Source: Botryllus schlosseri (lineage: Eukaryota). From it: a stretch of DNA of 64,000 nucleotides. The notes beneath the pieces were generated by a model, which saw nothing but the letters and a program-made list of their open reading frames with translations, did not search any database and had not been told where the DNA came from. Each line of letters starts with the position of its first letter. Position 1 is the stretch's first letter. Position numbers and translations under genes: made by a program. Where the stretch lies: assembly GCA_051294905.1 (NCBI GenBank), contig CM119371.1, positions 11,534,001 through 11,598,000 of the forward strand, in the 5' to 3' direction. This document shows positions 52,737 to 64,000 of this stretch, in pieces.

Positions 52737-53075
52737 CTTGCCCGAAAAATTCAATTCATTCAGTCTCTGCAAATCTTCAATTCCCAAGGGAGTTCGACCA
52801 TCAAAATCCAAAGAAACGTGATTTATCGCTTTGACATTCGCAGCATCTGCTGCAGCTACAAATGTTTTAACGTCGATTTCCACTACCTGAAAAGCGTCGA
52901 AGATGGTAATGTCGCACATATTGTATTATATCAGATTTCATATGCGGGTCACCTTTTTTAATTGGTGCACATGTAAGTAGCAATGCTCCACAGGGAAGCA
53001 TATATTTTGAAATACCAGCCTCCAGACATTTTCATCAAATGATTCCCTCTTTAAAGTTATCCATAATTCTCTAAT
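52737..53075 (-). CDS. NLR repeat cassette 4 (A 52953-53075, B 52737-52886)
   Basis: A=IRELWITLKRESFDENVWRLVFQNICFPVEHCYLHVHQLKK; B=VVEIDVKTFVAAADAANVKAINHVSLDFDGRTPLGIEDLQRLNELNFSGK. 66-bp intron. Confidence 0.85.
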
Positions 53076-54815
53076 CTGAAAAAAATATTAACCTAGCATA
53101 TCAGAATGGCATTGGCAATGGCATTTTACCGAATCATCGTATCGTGCATCAAACTTAAATACATATTTTTATAAATTGAAGAGTCGAACAAATTATTATC
53201 ATTGACATCCTTATGGTATTTCAGTAATTGTGTGAGTGGTCAATATAAACTTATTATCGTTGCGATTCAGATGTTTCAATTGGTGTTTGGCGTGATTTTC
53301 TCTTTTTGATCTTGGATATGAGTCATGGTAGAGATAGGAGTCATGGTGTTGTTTAGCAGTCATTGTTCGTCTGCGAATGACAAGACTGCTGGTGTGCGTA
53401 CAATGGGTTTGAGTGTATGCATAGTATTAGGGTTGCATATAGAAAAACAGTTTTTTTAAACACTTTGTTTAAAACCTCTTTTGAACAGTGTTTTAAACAA
53501 ACGATTTTTTTTCCAAATGTATCTTTTTAAGTTGTAAAATTATGCCATAATTGTGTAAAAACTTTCCAAAAACATGTTGTATATGAGCCCACGGACAATA
53601 ACCACCCGATATAATAGCCGACATATATTGATGGGGAATGGTTGGAATCCTCAAAATAGTCGGTTCAACAGCAATATAGTACAGACATTTTGTCAAATGA
53701 GCTATATTTACCCTATATTTTCAATTGTCGATTTCAATCCACTATGACGCCACAATTGAGTATTCGTAATGCCATGGCTTAAAAAAACATGTTTTAAACA
53801 AGGGCCTTGTTTCAAACATGTTTGTATTGAATTGATGGGATGGATGCAGTAGGTTGTCTGCTTATTCGTAAGTTATGTGTCAATCAATAAAGATCTCGGT
53901 TGTGTTAAGTTATGTGAATATATATAGCATATATACCACTATAGCACTATACCACTATATGCATTCATTGCTGCTGGTGCTAAGCTAGCCGTATCAGGGA
54001 TGCTGCCATACGATGTACCATTAAGTATCTTGGAACATAGACTGCGAAGAAATCATGGGATATCACAATAGTATCGTTATATCTGTAGTGCTGTACTACC
54101 GCCCCTGAACAACGAATAAAGTACCAGCGCCGCCCGAGTCCCAGCCACCACATTTAAATGATAAACGAAAGTTTTTGTATACATATTACAATTACATAAT
54201 GAGTAAAAATTTAACCAGACTCCAGGGAAATTTTTCTAAATGATTCAATTGTGTATCCAGAACGATTGATAGTAAGGGAGATATTGAACTTTAGTGTGCT
54301 GGCAAAATTGTTCTTCACTGCATGACGACTCTTTAATCGTTTCATGCTCGGAAATTTCACGGAATGGAATGATTATCCAGTAACGAACTTTTGATTGGAA
54401 TATATCCTGAAGTCAAAGTACCATATATCCTTGTGCAGTTTTCGAGATTATTGCTGTATACTTCAACGTCAACAGGACGGTTACGGTTATGCGTACAGGA
54501 CCGTTATCAAGCCCAGAGAATTGGAAAAATTCACGTCTTATTAAATCTCTCTGATCCATGGGGCTTATTACAGACTCCAGACAGTGTCATTTTCACCTAA
54601 TAGATCATATTTCATAGTTACCAAAAAAGGATAAATTCGACTCATAAAACTTGATGAATAGCCTATGTTCGTCAATAATAAGTCATTTCTTTTCTCGTAA
54701 CTAGAACAATTGTGTGACAGGGTCGCATCAGTGGGAAGATTTCACGACCGTTTGAAACAGAGAGTAAAATCGCGGAAGGCGGTTTTGCTTAAAGCCATCG
54801 CACCCTCTGTGCAGC

Positions 54816-55098
54816 GGTGGCGAGATAGCGCAGTGGTATAATCCGCGGCTGCAACACCGATGGGTGCGGGTTCGAGTCCGACCGAGGTCGACTTCCGAAT
54901 TCCGACACCTAAGTGTTGGAGGTTTACCTAGGCTCCTCCTCGCCACCTCATCCGCGTCAGCGGTGTCTTACAAAAGTCTAGAGGTGGGCCGTGCTATAAG
55001 TCGGCAGTTACGGAAAATAAGAAGAATATCGGCCTGGTGTAAATGACCATAGTAGTCGACAAACACCATGAATACCCAAAACAAACAAACAAACAAAA
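54816..55098 (+). mobile_element. tRNA-derived SINE
   Basis: A box TAGCGCAGTGG, B box GGTTCGAGTCC, (CAAA)n tail, 14-bp TSD ACCCTCTGTGCAGC. Confidence 0.93.
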
Positions 55099-55718
55099 AC
55101 CCTCTGTGCAGCAATGTAAGTGTTCAAATACATCGTAGTTATCACCACACAATATACCACGCTTTCTGGTGATTCTGCCGACTGGTCAATCAGTCCATTG
55201 ATGGGTAAGATATATATTGTCAAGTAACAATTTAATTTTCCGGTACAGCCGCTCGAACAGACCGACGCCTGGATCGACCATAAATTGTCTTGACATAACA
55301 GATTTTGCAGTTTTTACTGCAAATTTCGCTGTTTTATTCATCATTCGTCTCGACACTATACACAGCAGTTGCCGTCCAATCCTCAACCGCCCCCATTTTC
55401 ACTCTCAGCACCCCCTACCCCCCCCCCCCCCCCCCCCATAATTCATGGACAGCCCCCTCCAATCGCCCATTTCGTGTCCAGCGCCCTGTTAACGTTCGCC
55501 AACGCCCCCAGGGGGTCGCTGGCGCCCACTTTGGGAATCACTGATCTAAACGGATATGACATTCGAAACAATCTCAATGTTCCAGAAAAATTTTAAATGG
55601 TATTGTGTGATATGTTCGATTCGTTGGCTGCCATCGTAAGCAAACCTAGGCGGATGACACACTTGCACACAGGATAGACGTCAATATCTCCCCTACTATG
55701 TTACATGATGCGTCCTGA

Positions 55719-56102
55719 CAGTGGTGGCTTTTGGGGTGGGCGAGGTGGGCGGGCGCCCGGGCCCCCTATTTGGAATATGTGCTTTTTTCAAGGATAATAA
55801 CGAATGAACATGGAAATACATGTACCAAGCAAGAATATGATTCCATACAGATGTGTCAATCATCATCAAATCTCTGCATTTGTTAGAAAAGTCCCGTATC
55901 CCGATAATCATCACGTCTCTGCATGCGGTAGTGATTGTAGTCTATCCATGCAATAAAAGACATCGCCGAATCCATCACCTGGGCAAACCTTGCCGGGATG
56001 AAAGAAAGTTAGAGTAGAAAGAAAGTTAGGATTGGACACTTAAAGCGCCCCCCCCCCCTTCGGTAAGTCTAGCCCAGCCCCCTGTTCGTAGGCCCACCAC
56101 TG
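55719..56102. mobile_element. hAT MITE (CAGTGGTGG ends)
   Basis: Perfect TSD CGTCCTGA; a related end occurs at about 51720-51770. Confidence 0.87.
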
Positions 56103-56360
56103 CGTCCTGATAGTTTTAGACTAGTTGCTGTATATAGTCCAAGATCGAGATATAGGTAGACTAGACATATATTGGAATGATAATGTGGGAATGCTTCAAA
56201 TATTTTTTGAGTTCAATACCATTCCAACAATCGTTAGAGCATAACTATTTTCCAGTGGAAGACGATTGTGGAAGATCATCAAATTTTGTTCTTAGCTATG
56301 TGTCGGAAATGTTGCATAAACATAGTCACGTAAACACACGCTTGGGAAGCATATTTTCAC

Positions 56361-56692
56361 CTTGCAACAAAAATTCAATTCATTTAATCTCTGGAAATCT
56401 TCAATTCGAAGTGGGGTGCTAACATCGAAATCCAACGAAACTTGATTTACCGCATTGACATGTGCGGTATATGCGGCAGCTACAAGTGTTTTTACGTCGA
56501 TTTCGGTGACCTGAAAATAAGTAGTTATAGCTGGCATATGGTAACATCTCAGATTTATATGCAAGTTACTTTTTGTTCTCGTTGCACATGTACGTAGCAA
56601 TGCTCTACATAGAAGCGTATCTTTGCAAACACCTTCCTCCAGACACTTTCATCAAATGATTCTTCGTTCAGAGGTATCCATAATTCCCTAAT
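56361..56692 (-). CDS. NLR repeat cassette 3 (A 56570-56692, B 56361-56510)
   Basis: A=IRELWIPLNEESFDESVWRKVFAKIRFYVEHCYVHVQREQK; B=VTEIDVKTLVAAAYTAHVNAVNQVSLDFDVSTPLRIEDFQRLNELNFCCK. 59-bp intron. Confidence 0.85.
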
Positions 56693-57377
56693 CTGAACGA
56701 GTTGTAAATCGTGGATAATAGCTGAATATACCAAAGGTGTCTTTACAGTGTTTACAGTCATGAAATTTTAGTGCTAATCGTCATTGTATACCTTGAAGAC
56801 TTGAACAGGCTATCCTAAAAATATTTTGGTTACTTCAGTAATTGTTGAAGTCATCAGTAACCTACTTCCCTGGGATTCAGCTGTGTTCAAATGCTGTTTT
56901 ACGATGTATGTCCTTGAAGAAATATCCCATAATACATCAATATAGACGAGTGCTGCTTGTAATAAACGAATCAAAAAGCATACTTTCGCCCTCCAATAAA
57001 CCATACATCCTGCTACGATAGGTATAAAGACATTACGAATTCATTATCGAACGTCACCAGCTATGTGCTTCATCAATAAAATGCTATGTGTCAATGGCAG
57101 CGTATCAATGGATTTCACATTTATTTCTGTGCAAACGTGCGACTGTTTACATGCTACTAGACAAAAGGAGCTGCATTTCAATGCATCATTTGTATAGCAA
57201 TGTGATGAACATGAGACATATACCAGAAACAATGCATCAAAATATTCTAGGGTCCTTATATACTGACAATTTACTATTTTGTTATAAATCTATTTCAATG
57301 GATTCAATGGGTGATATGATCGTTAAGTCAGAAGAATATCTGAAGAAAATGATTTGGTCGCAAAATAAATCAAATAC

Positions 57378-57718
57378 CGTCCCACAAAAATTCAGTCCTA
57401 TGATTCTTCCGATTTCTCCTATTTCACTGATTCGAAATGACACAGAATGGTCCGAATATACGGATAATTCTTCCACGTTAGCGATTTTAACAGTTTCTGC
57501 TACGTCGGCCCATGATCCGAGATGAATTATTTTCGTCTGAACCAAGGAAGAGTTAAAGTTTAGAATACCTTACTTCGAATTCACAGCCACGCTACCTTTT
57601 CAACTTCGGGAAGTTTAACATAACAATGATGAACCTCGATCGAAATCCGTTGAAATATACATTCCCAAAGATTTTTGTCGAATGATACCTCGTCGGAGCT
57701 TATCCACATTTCTTCGAT
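57378..57718 (-). CDS. NLR repeat cassette 2 (A 57596-57718, B 57378-57536)
   Basis: A=IEEMWISSDEVSFDKNLWECIFQRISIEVHHCYVKLPEVEK; B=TKIIHLGSWADVAETVKIANVEELSVYSDHSVSFRISEIGEIGRIIGLNFCGT. 59-bp intron. Confidence 0.8.
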
Positions 57719-57938
57719 CTAACATAATATGAAATCATTAGTTACCACATTGATGGGACAAGATGTGGAAAGCTAATGCGATGTCGTTGCTGCTCTTCGA
57801 TTAAAGATTGTAACAAAGAGCCAATCTTGGGTGAGAATATTTGATACTGACTTGCGAATATTACAAGCTGTTGGGATATCTGTAGAGTATGCATAAATAT
57901 TTATTTGTTCAATTTTACAAGTAATCAGTAGTACATAC

Positions 57939-58272
57939 TTTTGTCAAACTCAAATCGAACTTGGCGAGTTCTTCAACTTCTTTAATGTCCAATCGAAGAC
58001 ATTTCAAGTTAGCGATTTCGATTCGAGAAACATTCTCTTCCGTAGCTTTTAATAAATCGAAAACAACATCTTCGAATTTCTAAACAATATAAGTGTACAC
58101 GTGTACAGTGATGAAAAACTAATGACCCATTCGAAATCAGAATATTGTTCTTTACCCGTTCGATGCGAGGTAAATCCATGCGCAAAGTAGTAACTTCCAT
58201 GTTTCTAAAAATCTCTTGCCAATATTGCACGTTTGACCAGCTCGTATTTTGTCTCATATCAAATTTGTCGAT
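57939..58272 (-). CDS. NLR C-terminal repeat cassette 1 (exon A 58156-58272, exon B 57939-58079), divergent
   Basis: A=IDKFDMRQNTSWSNVQYWQEIFRNMEVTTLRMDLPRIER; B=KFEDVVFDLLKATEENVSRIEIANLKCLRLDIKEVEELAKFDLSLTK. AG/GT boundaries, phase 0, 76-bp intron. Confidence 0.7.
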
Positions 58273-58682
58273 CTTGGAAAGAAGATAACCTTTGTATTTC
58301 ATATTGGTTTGAAAATTGCTTATCGTGAAGAGAAAAAGAGTTAACATGCTTGTGGTTAATATTTAATGTTGTGGGTGGGGCACAGACGGACTGATATTGG
58401 AACAACACTGCTTCAAATTTATTTCAGAGAACTTATTCAAGCATATGACCGAATATCATTATTGTTTTATTGAATCAGAATATAGTATCCAGTCGCCATG
58501 ATATTCAACGCCGATATTATATTCATGTCTGCGAGTGATGCTGACTATTGGGATAGTCTGCAATATGGAAAAAATAATTATTAAACAATAGATGGAAAGT
58601 GTTACGAGATTATATCTACCTGAAACACCATGTACAAATTGATACCATTGCAACGGTTATTGGTGGCTAAGTCAACAGTTAC

Positions 58683-58990
58683 CTTGATATGCTGTCTTTT
58701 CGTCTCTGAGGCCAGAACCCTCAGCAAATAGTCATCAATGTTGCAGTTGTTGAACGATAATGATTTCACTCTTCCGAGATTTCCAATCACCGAGCACAAC
58801 GTATTCACCACTACTGGCGTCAGGGGGTAATTCGAGAAGTCAAGATCTTGTGCGTAACTTTCTAGTGTTTCGAACGCCGCCGCTTCTTTCAAAGATGTGA
58901 AAATATCCAATTTTTGCGCTGGAGGTATATCTTGTTTTAGTTGAAACTTCAAATTTTCCATGAGATATTCCGCTTTTAGTGGTAAATCAT
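58683..58990 (-). CDS. NLR exon following NACHT (HD2 end plus first RI-like LRRs)
   Basis: The phase-1 acceptor aaacag|AT GAT TTA joins in frame to the NACHT exon. LRR-like strings QDLDFSNYPL and VKSLSFNNCNI; phase-0 donor AAG|GTAAC. Confidence 0.85.
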
Positions 58991-59504
58991 CTGTTTGAAT
59001 GTATATAAAATAATGATAATTGGCGGAACCGCACCAATGGAGCGGTAATAAAGAGGGCCTTTTATATTTGGAAGCCGAATGTTTACCGTCAGTAGACAGT
59101 ATTGTAAAAATAGTTCTCACAATCTATGTAGTGTAGGCCCTATGTATATTTTGGGAAATTATTTCAACTTCCTATAATAGCTATTCCAAACGAAAAACAA
59201 CTTATTGTTTAGTAATAGGTCAGACAACCTCGATAAAACAGTAATTGCACCGCTGGCCTTGCTGACTGGTTAGCGTGAGTCCGGGCCGGTCATGCCCGAG
59301 AAAGTGGGCGTGGTAGCAACCAGCAGTGTATCTGGTGATATATCTGAATCCAAATCATATGCAGAACAACTGGTACGCGGATAAGATGTTGCTAGACACA
59401 GGCATACAGCCGTAGTAATGTCACAAGTATCAATTGCAGTAGTAGGCCTACTCGTAGTATAGCAGTATATATTCAGGCGTATAGTCTACTTCAATGACGC
59501 GTCG

Positions 59505-59793
59505 CTTGTTTGTTTGTTTTGGGATATTCATGGTGTTTGTCGACTACTATGGTCATTGGTCATTTACACCAGGCCGATATTATTCATATTTTCCGTAACT
59601 GCCGACTTATAGCACGGCCCACCTCTAGGCTTTTTGTAAGACACCGCTTACGCGGATGAGGTGGCGAGGAGGAGCCTAGGTAAACCTCCAACACTTAGGT
59701 ATCGGAATTCGGAAGTCGACCTCGGTCGGACTAGAACCCGCACCCATTGGTGTTGCAGCCGCGTATTATACCACTGCGCTATCTCGCCACACG
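59505..59793 (-). mobile_element. tRNA-derived SINE, same family
   Basis: Reverse complement of 54816-55098; 11-bp TSD ATGACGCGTCG. Confidence 0.93.
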
Positions 59794-60284
59794 ATGACGC
59801 GTCGTTAATGTTACGAACGAGACGAAGGCTAATTACTCGGTTTGTAATCCAATCACTCAGCTACTCGATTATGGTTAGAGTTATAGCTTGGGTTAGATAT
59901 AGGGATATAGTTTGGGTTTGATTGAGATCGGATTATCACTATGTGCCAGTAACTGCATTACAAAGTAAAAGTCATTGACGAATGACCGAATAAAACGTGT
60001 TTCGCAAAATCTATGACATTCTTGCACCAGCATGCATCGGTTTTGTAAGTCAGTAAATAGTACATATATCACAGTTTTTGACGCAATAATCGGGGTACAA
60101 ATCAATACTGTAAGTGATTTTATCGGGTGTACACGAAGTAATAAGTGAATTGAAATAATATATGCAATGATGTAATAAGGTGAATTATGTGCCTTTATTT
60201 TAGTGTGCGCAACCAGCCTGGTGAATTTACGAAGCCTACCTAATATATATATATATATACAGCATGACTCTATCGGCTAAATGT

Positions 60285-60637
60285 TAGGGTCACCATACGC
60301 CCTCTTTTAAGAGGATTTGTCCTCTTTTTTCACTTTTTTGAAAGTGTCCTCGGAGGACGCCCAGATGTCCTCTTTCTTAAAAATTCTGGTTAAATGTATG
60401 TTAAAATTCAACTGAGATATATGAAATCAGTACCTAAGCACGACAGACGACCGTTTTTTTAGTCAATTAACGGAAAATTCATGGAAAGTAGGTATATTGG
60501 GAGTCGACTCGGAAAGATGGCGTTTTTTAGTCTAACTCGGAATAAATTTACCAATTTTTTCGGATTTAACTCCTGTAATGTAGGTCTGATTTTTTTTAAG
60601 TGTCCTCTTTTCAGATTACCAAAATTTGGTAACCCTA
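60285..60637. mobile_element. hAT MITE, same family as 36480-36917
   Basis: TAGGGTCACCA / TGGTAACCCTA; shared internal sequence. Confidence 0.78.
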
Positions 60638-60745
60638 CTCATCGTAATCAGCACTATACTATGTCCCCCGGGCCTGTAATTAATTCAACTCTCTACTGAA
60701 CCATACAGCCACATAAACATTATTCAAGTCCAATAATTTACTGAC

Positions 60746-62158
60746 CTTTTTTGAGAATTTGAGAAAGTATATTTGCTCTCACACTCTCATTTTTCAGAAT
60801 GCCACTCGTGAAATTGCGGACAACAGTCCAGTAGGGCTTGCAGAATTCACAATCCACAATTCGCTTAAAATCATCTAGTCTCATTTCCGCTACGAAAAGT
60901 CCCGCTAACACTTCTTGAAGAGTTTGATGACTGAAAAAATATCTATACATCCCAGCGAGTATTTTCTGGCCTAGAATCATCAGTCCCGGAACTTTAATCA
61001 TGATATCACTGATGTCGTTGTATTCGAGGCTATATTTGGATAGGTCTTCGTTGGTGAATGTTACCTGTTGGTTCATTGTACCATTGAATGTCATTTCTTT
61101 CAACTTGCTGATGACATGAATTACGTCGATCGTGTCGTTGATGTTTCTTGTATTCTCACATTCCAGGAAAATTTGTATCATCGCAACCATCACTCCGGAT
61201 GCACAATTAGGAGGGTTCGATGGGGCCCGTTTCCTCGTTATCATATAAAATACCAGAAACAATGGTGTCAGACACATGTAGTGCATAGCAGGGTTAGATA
61301 ACTTCATTTCATGCCAATCCTTTTCGGAATTTTCCCCCATCAATTCGCAATACATTTTCTCTGCTTCATCTTCACTAAATCCCACTAAAGCCACTATAAA
61401 CTTAGGTCGCATCTCTTTAGTCAGGCGGGCCACTGAATGTTCTCTGGATGATATGATGATAGGAACGTTAGGTAAAAGATTCCCTGCCAGAATGTTACCA
61501 AATATCGTAGGCGTGTTTGAAACTTCCCATGGCTCAATTCTTCTGTCGCATATTGGGTCCCATGTAGCTTGATCCAATCCATCGAAGAACATAATAATTT
61601 TGAATACCCCATCAAGTATGGCCTTGAGACCATATGATAGTTCATGTACTGACAACTTGGTCACGATAGGACTGAATATAACATTAGCTAATGTGATATT
61701 CTCATGGTTTGGAATATCTCTGATATTCATGTGCAGTACGACATGATATTGTGAAGGTGTAGTTTCATTTCGGAACACTTGAACAAATTTCTCCCATGTA
61801 GAACGTTTTGGTCTTCGAAGGTTATTTGCAATGATCAGTCCCTTTGCTAATCTTTTCATCATGACGGTCTTGCCACTTCCCGGTTGTCCTATAATAGCGG
61901 ACGGACCCACGTGTTCCTCTTGGATGCGCTGTAGACAAGCTTTGTACTCTATAAAACTTCCACTTTTCGGTTTGCAGTGGGCACTGAATCCTTCTTGTGG
62001 CAAATATTCTCCTTTGTATAGTTCGAATCCTGTTTTCAATTGGGGATAAAACTCCACGTCTGGTTCGGATAAAGCTTCGTACGATTCCAAAACTTTACCC
62101 TGCACATTATTCCACGAGATACGATTGATTTTCTCCTTAAATCCAGCGAGATATTTGC
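60746..62158 (-). CDS. NACHT-domain exon of an NLR-type (STAND NTPase) gene
   Basis: Motifs: Walker A GQPGSGKT, Walker B IIMFFDGLD, sensor-1 IIISSR, LVGFS, CLTPL, and winged-helix FFSHQTLQEVLAG. Acceptor ttcag| at 62158 and donor AAG|GTCAGT at 60746; 1413 bp, phase 1/1. The N-terminal effector exon(s) were not identified. Confidence 0.93.
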
Positions 62159-63665
62159 CTGAACATTAAAATATTTTTGTCAATCATACCGATCAAAATA
62201 AAGTTCCAAGGATTGAGCTTGCGGTCAGGTTTTAGATTGGTATTCAGAAAGTTGGCCTTATAACGGCGAGGATAAGACTAGTAAGTGACTGGCCTAAGTC
62301 GTTTTTCTATGGATGATCTGATTCCGTTTTAAAGATGATATATCGCCAGACTCGAGCGAGTAAGTCAGTGTCCAATTTATGTTTAGTCATGCAATTTTTC
62401 TCGGGTAAAACCATGTCTGTGTAGGGCGAGTTCGCGTAACAGAGATAAATGTGGAATCGCAGAAAGGTTTTGGAAATTGATTACTAGTAAAGCTAATTCA
62501 TGTGAAAGTACAGACCGTGTGCGTAATTGCTTTCCAATGAAATTGACTATCCAGTATTATGCGAGGTGTAGTGAAGATAAAGAAATATAGTGCAGCTCAT
62601 GATGGGCCACTTACACAATGCTTGTTAAGAACTCTATTCGGAAGAGGAAATTTTCGACGATAACTGTGTAGGTCTGCTGTTTCCTGGTCCACATTTATTA
62701 CTACATCTATGTGCAAGTAACAGAGATGCGTTGGCGACATATTGAAAGGACGACTATGGATAATAAGTTGGATTGAGCAATCGAAAGATTGGCCCTAAAT
62801 TCCGATTTAATCACTGGAATTTTTGGCCTTTGCATTCACATTTAATGGACCCCTTGGATAGAAGTCTGCGGACCCCCGAAGGATTCACGGGCCGTAATTT
62901 AAGAATTGTGCTTTAACACATTCGTTTCGTCGATTCATACTAACTCCTGTCAATTCTTTTTGACATTTTTGTCAATATATTACATAACAATCTATATTTT
63001 AAAGAGCCCTAGTTTCGGCATTTTAAATTTTTTATTTTTGGCAGTTTTGGCATTTGGTTCCTCAAATGCCAAAATAACACGGCCCGTGCATTAACGTGCA
63101 AGTTACAGAGATGAGAGGCATGGAAAAGGCGCTCAAGCATGAGTGATCTCATTATGCTAAGCTGAGCATAATATGACGTCATGCTCTACTACTTTACTAT
63201 CAAACAGAATGATAATTTATACAATAATCCACGTAACATCTGCAGCTACTTGCAAGTGAAGCTGACTGAACGATTCATCAGGACCGCTACTGGTACTCGA
63301 CACAACGTATGTTGCTATCATGAAAATGAATCGATATGCAGACGTACGCTGTACGGGCAGCATGTGCATTGCGCAACCACTCCAGCGATGTTGCAATTGT
63401 TTCAGCCTTTCACCATTTCAAGTGAATGAAAATGTAATTTTACCGCTGATCAGGTACTATACGAGCTCTCTAGAGGTATAGCGGCGCACCGCTGCCATAA
63501 CATATTAGGCGCGATTCCAAGAAACATATTTTTGAAGTTTCTACAATTGACTTGAATGATGAGAATACAATTACGTTACATTCCTTTTGAAACAGTGCAG
63601 CTGGATGTGTACTCCGGGTTGGCGATTACTAACAACTATTTAAATGGAAGTTGATTCCTCTACGA

Positions 63666-64000
63666 CAGGGGCGGGCAACATACGGCCCGCGGGCCGGATA
63701 TGGCCCGCCACGGGATCTTGTCCGGCCCGCGACAGTTTCCCGTCTTGCATGATAATATGGCCATAGCGGCCAAGTCTGCCGAGATCCCCCACTACTTGCT
63801 AACTACGTCAAATTTTAGTGACTGTATGTTATTATATACGCTGTGTGCGCAGCGTATGAGAGTGGAGATTACGGTCGGACTCGAACCCATAAGTCATTGG
63901 TGTTGTAGCTGTGGAATATACCACTACTACGCCCACCTACTCAACCCTAATGAATTGTTTTATAGGTAAATTTGGGGTACCAGGCTTATCGAACGCCTCG
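63666..64000. mobile_element. hAT/Charlie MITE (family of 11206-12102), running off the window
   Basis: CAGGGGCGGGCAACATACGGCCCGCGGG start and about 170 bp colinear similarity. Confidence 0.88.

Noticed and set aside
54816..54890. tRNA-Cys-like gene
   Set aside because: The acceptor stem is not formed; the sequence continues into a conserved body, (CAAA)n tail and TSD, so it is a SINE head.
52686..57377. Exon B read-through to stop codons as a set of alternative last exons
   Set aside because: Homology between units ends exactly at a conserved G|GT position, which favours splice donors. Read-through isoforms cannot be fully excluded.
62615..62706. Upstream exon of the NLR gene
   Set aside because: It has a good GTAAGT donor, but the open frame ends in phase 0 while the NACHT exon needs phase 1. 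No death-fold domain is recognisable.

Overview
Eukaryotic (animal) genomic DNA, AT-rich and very transposon-dense. The ~60-bp introns and the repeat landscape suggest a marine invertebrate such as an ascidian; this is inference only. The backbone is one large minus-strand NLR-type gene. It has a 1413-bp NACHT exon (60746-62158) and a short LRR-like exon (58683-58990). These are followed by ten paralogous two-exon cassettes (exon A 39-41 aa, a 59-76 bp intron, exon B 47-53 aa; all phase 0 and all open) spread from 58272 down to 20099, and probably further exons near 15 kb and 9.8 kb. The long introns and the flank hold three LTR retrotransposons with paired LTRs and 5-bp TSDs (Ty3/gypsy 4260-9061, Ty1/copia 23198-28792, deleted gypsy 42766-47467). 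They also hold a foldback element splitting the copia zinc knuckle, a four-deep nest of hAT MITEs, many other hAT MITEs, tRNA-derived SINEs, a THAP/P-element relic, a LINE fragment, and a Penelope-like GIY-YIG fragment followed by a candidate minimal hammerhead ribozyme. All coordinates, translations and splice sites were read by eye; no database searches were run.
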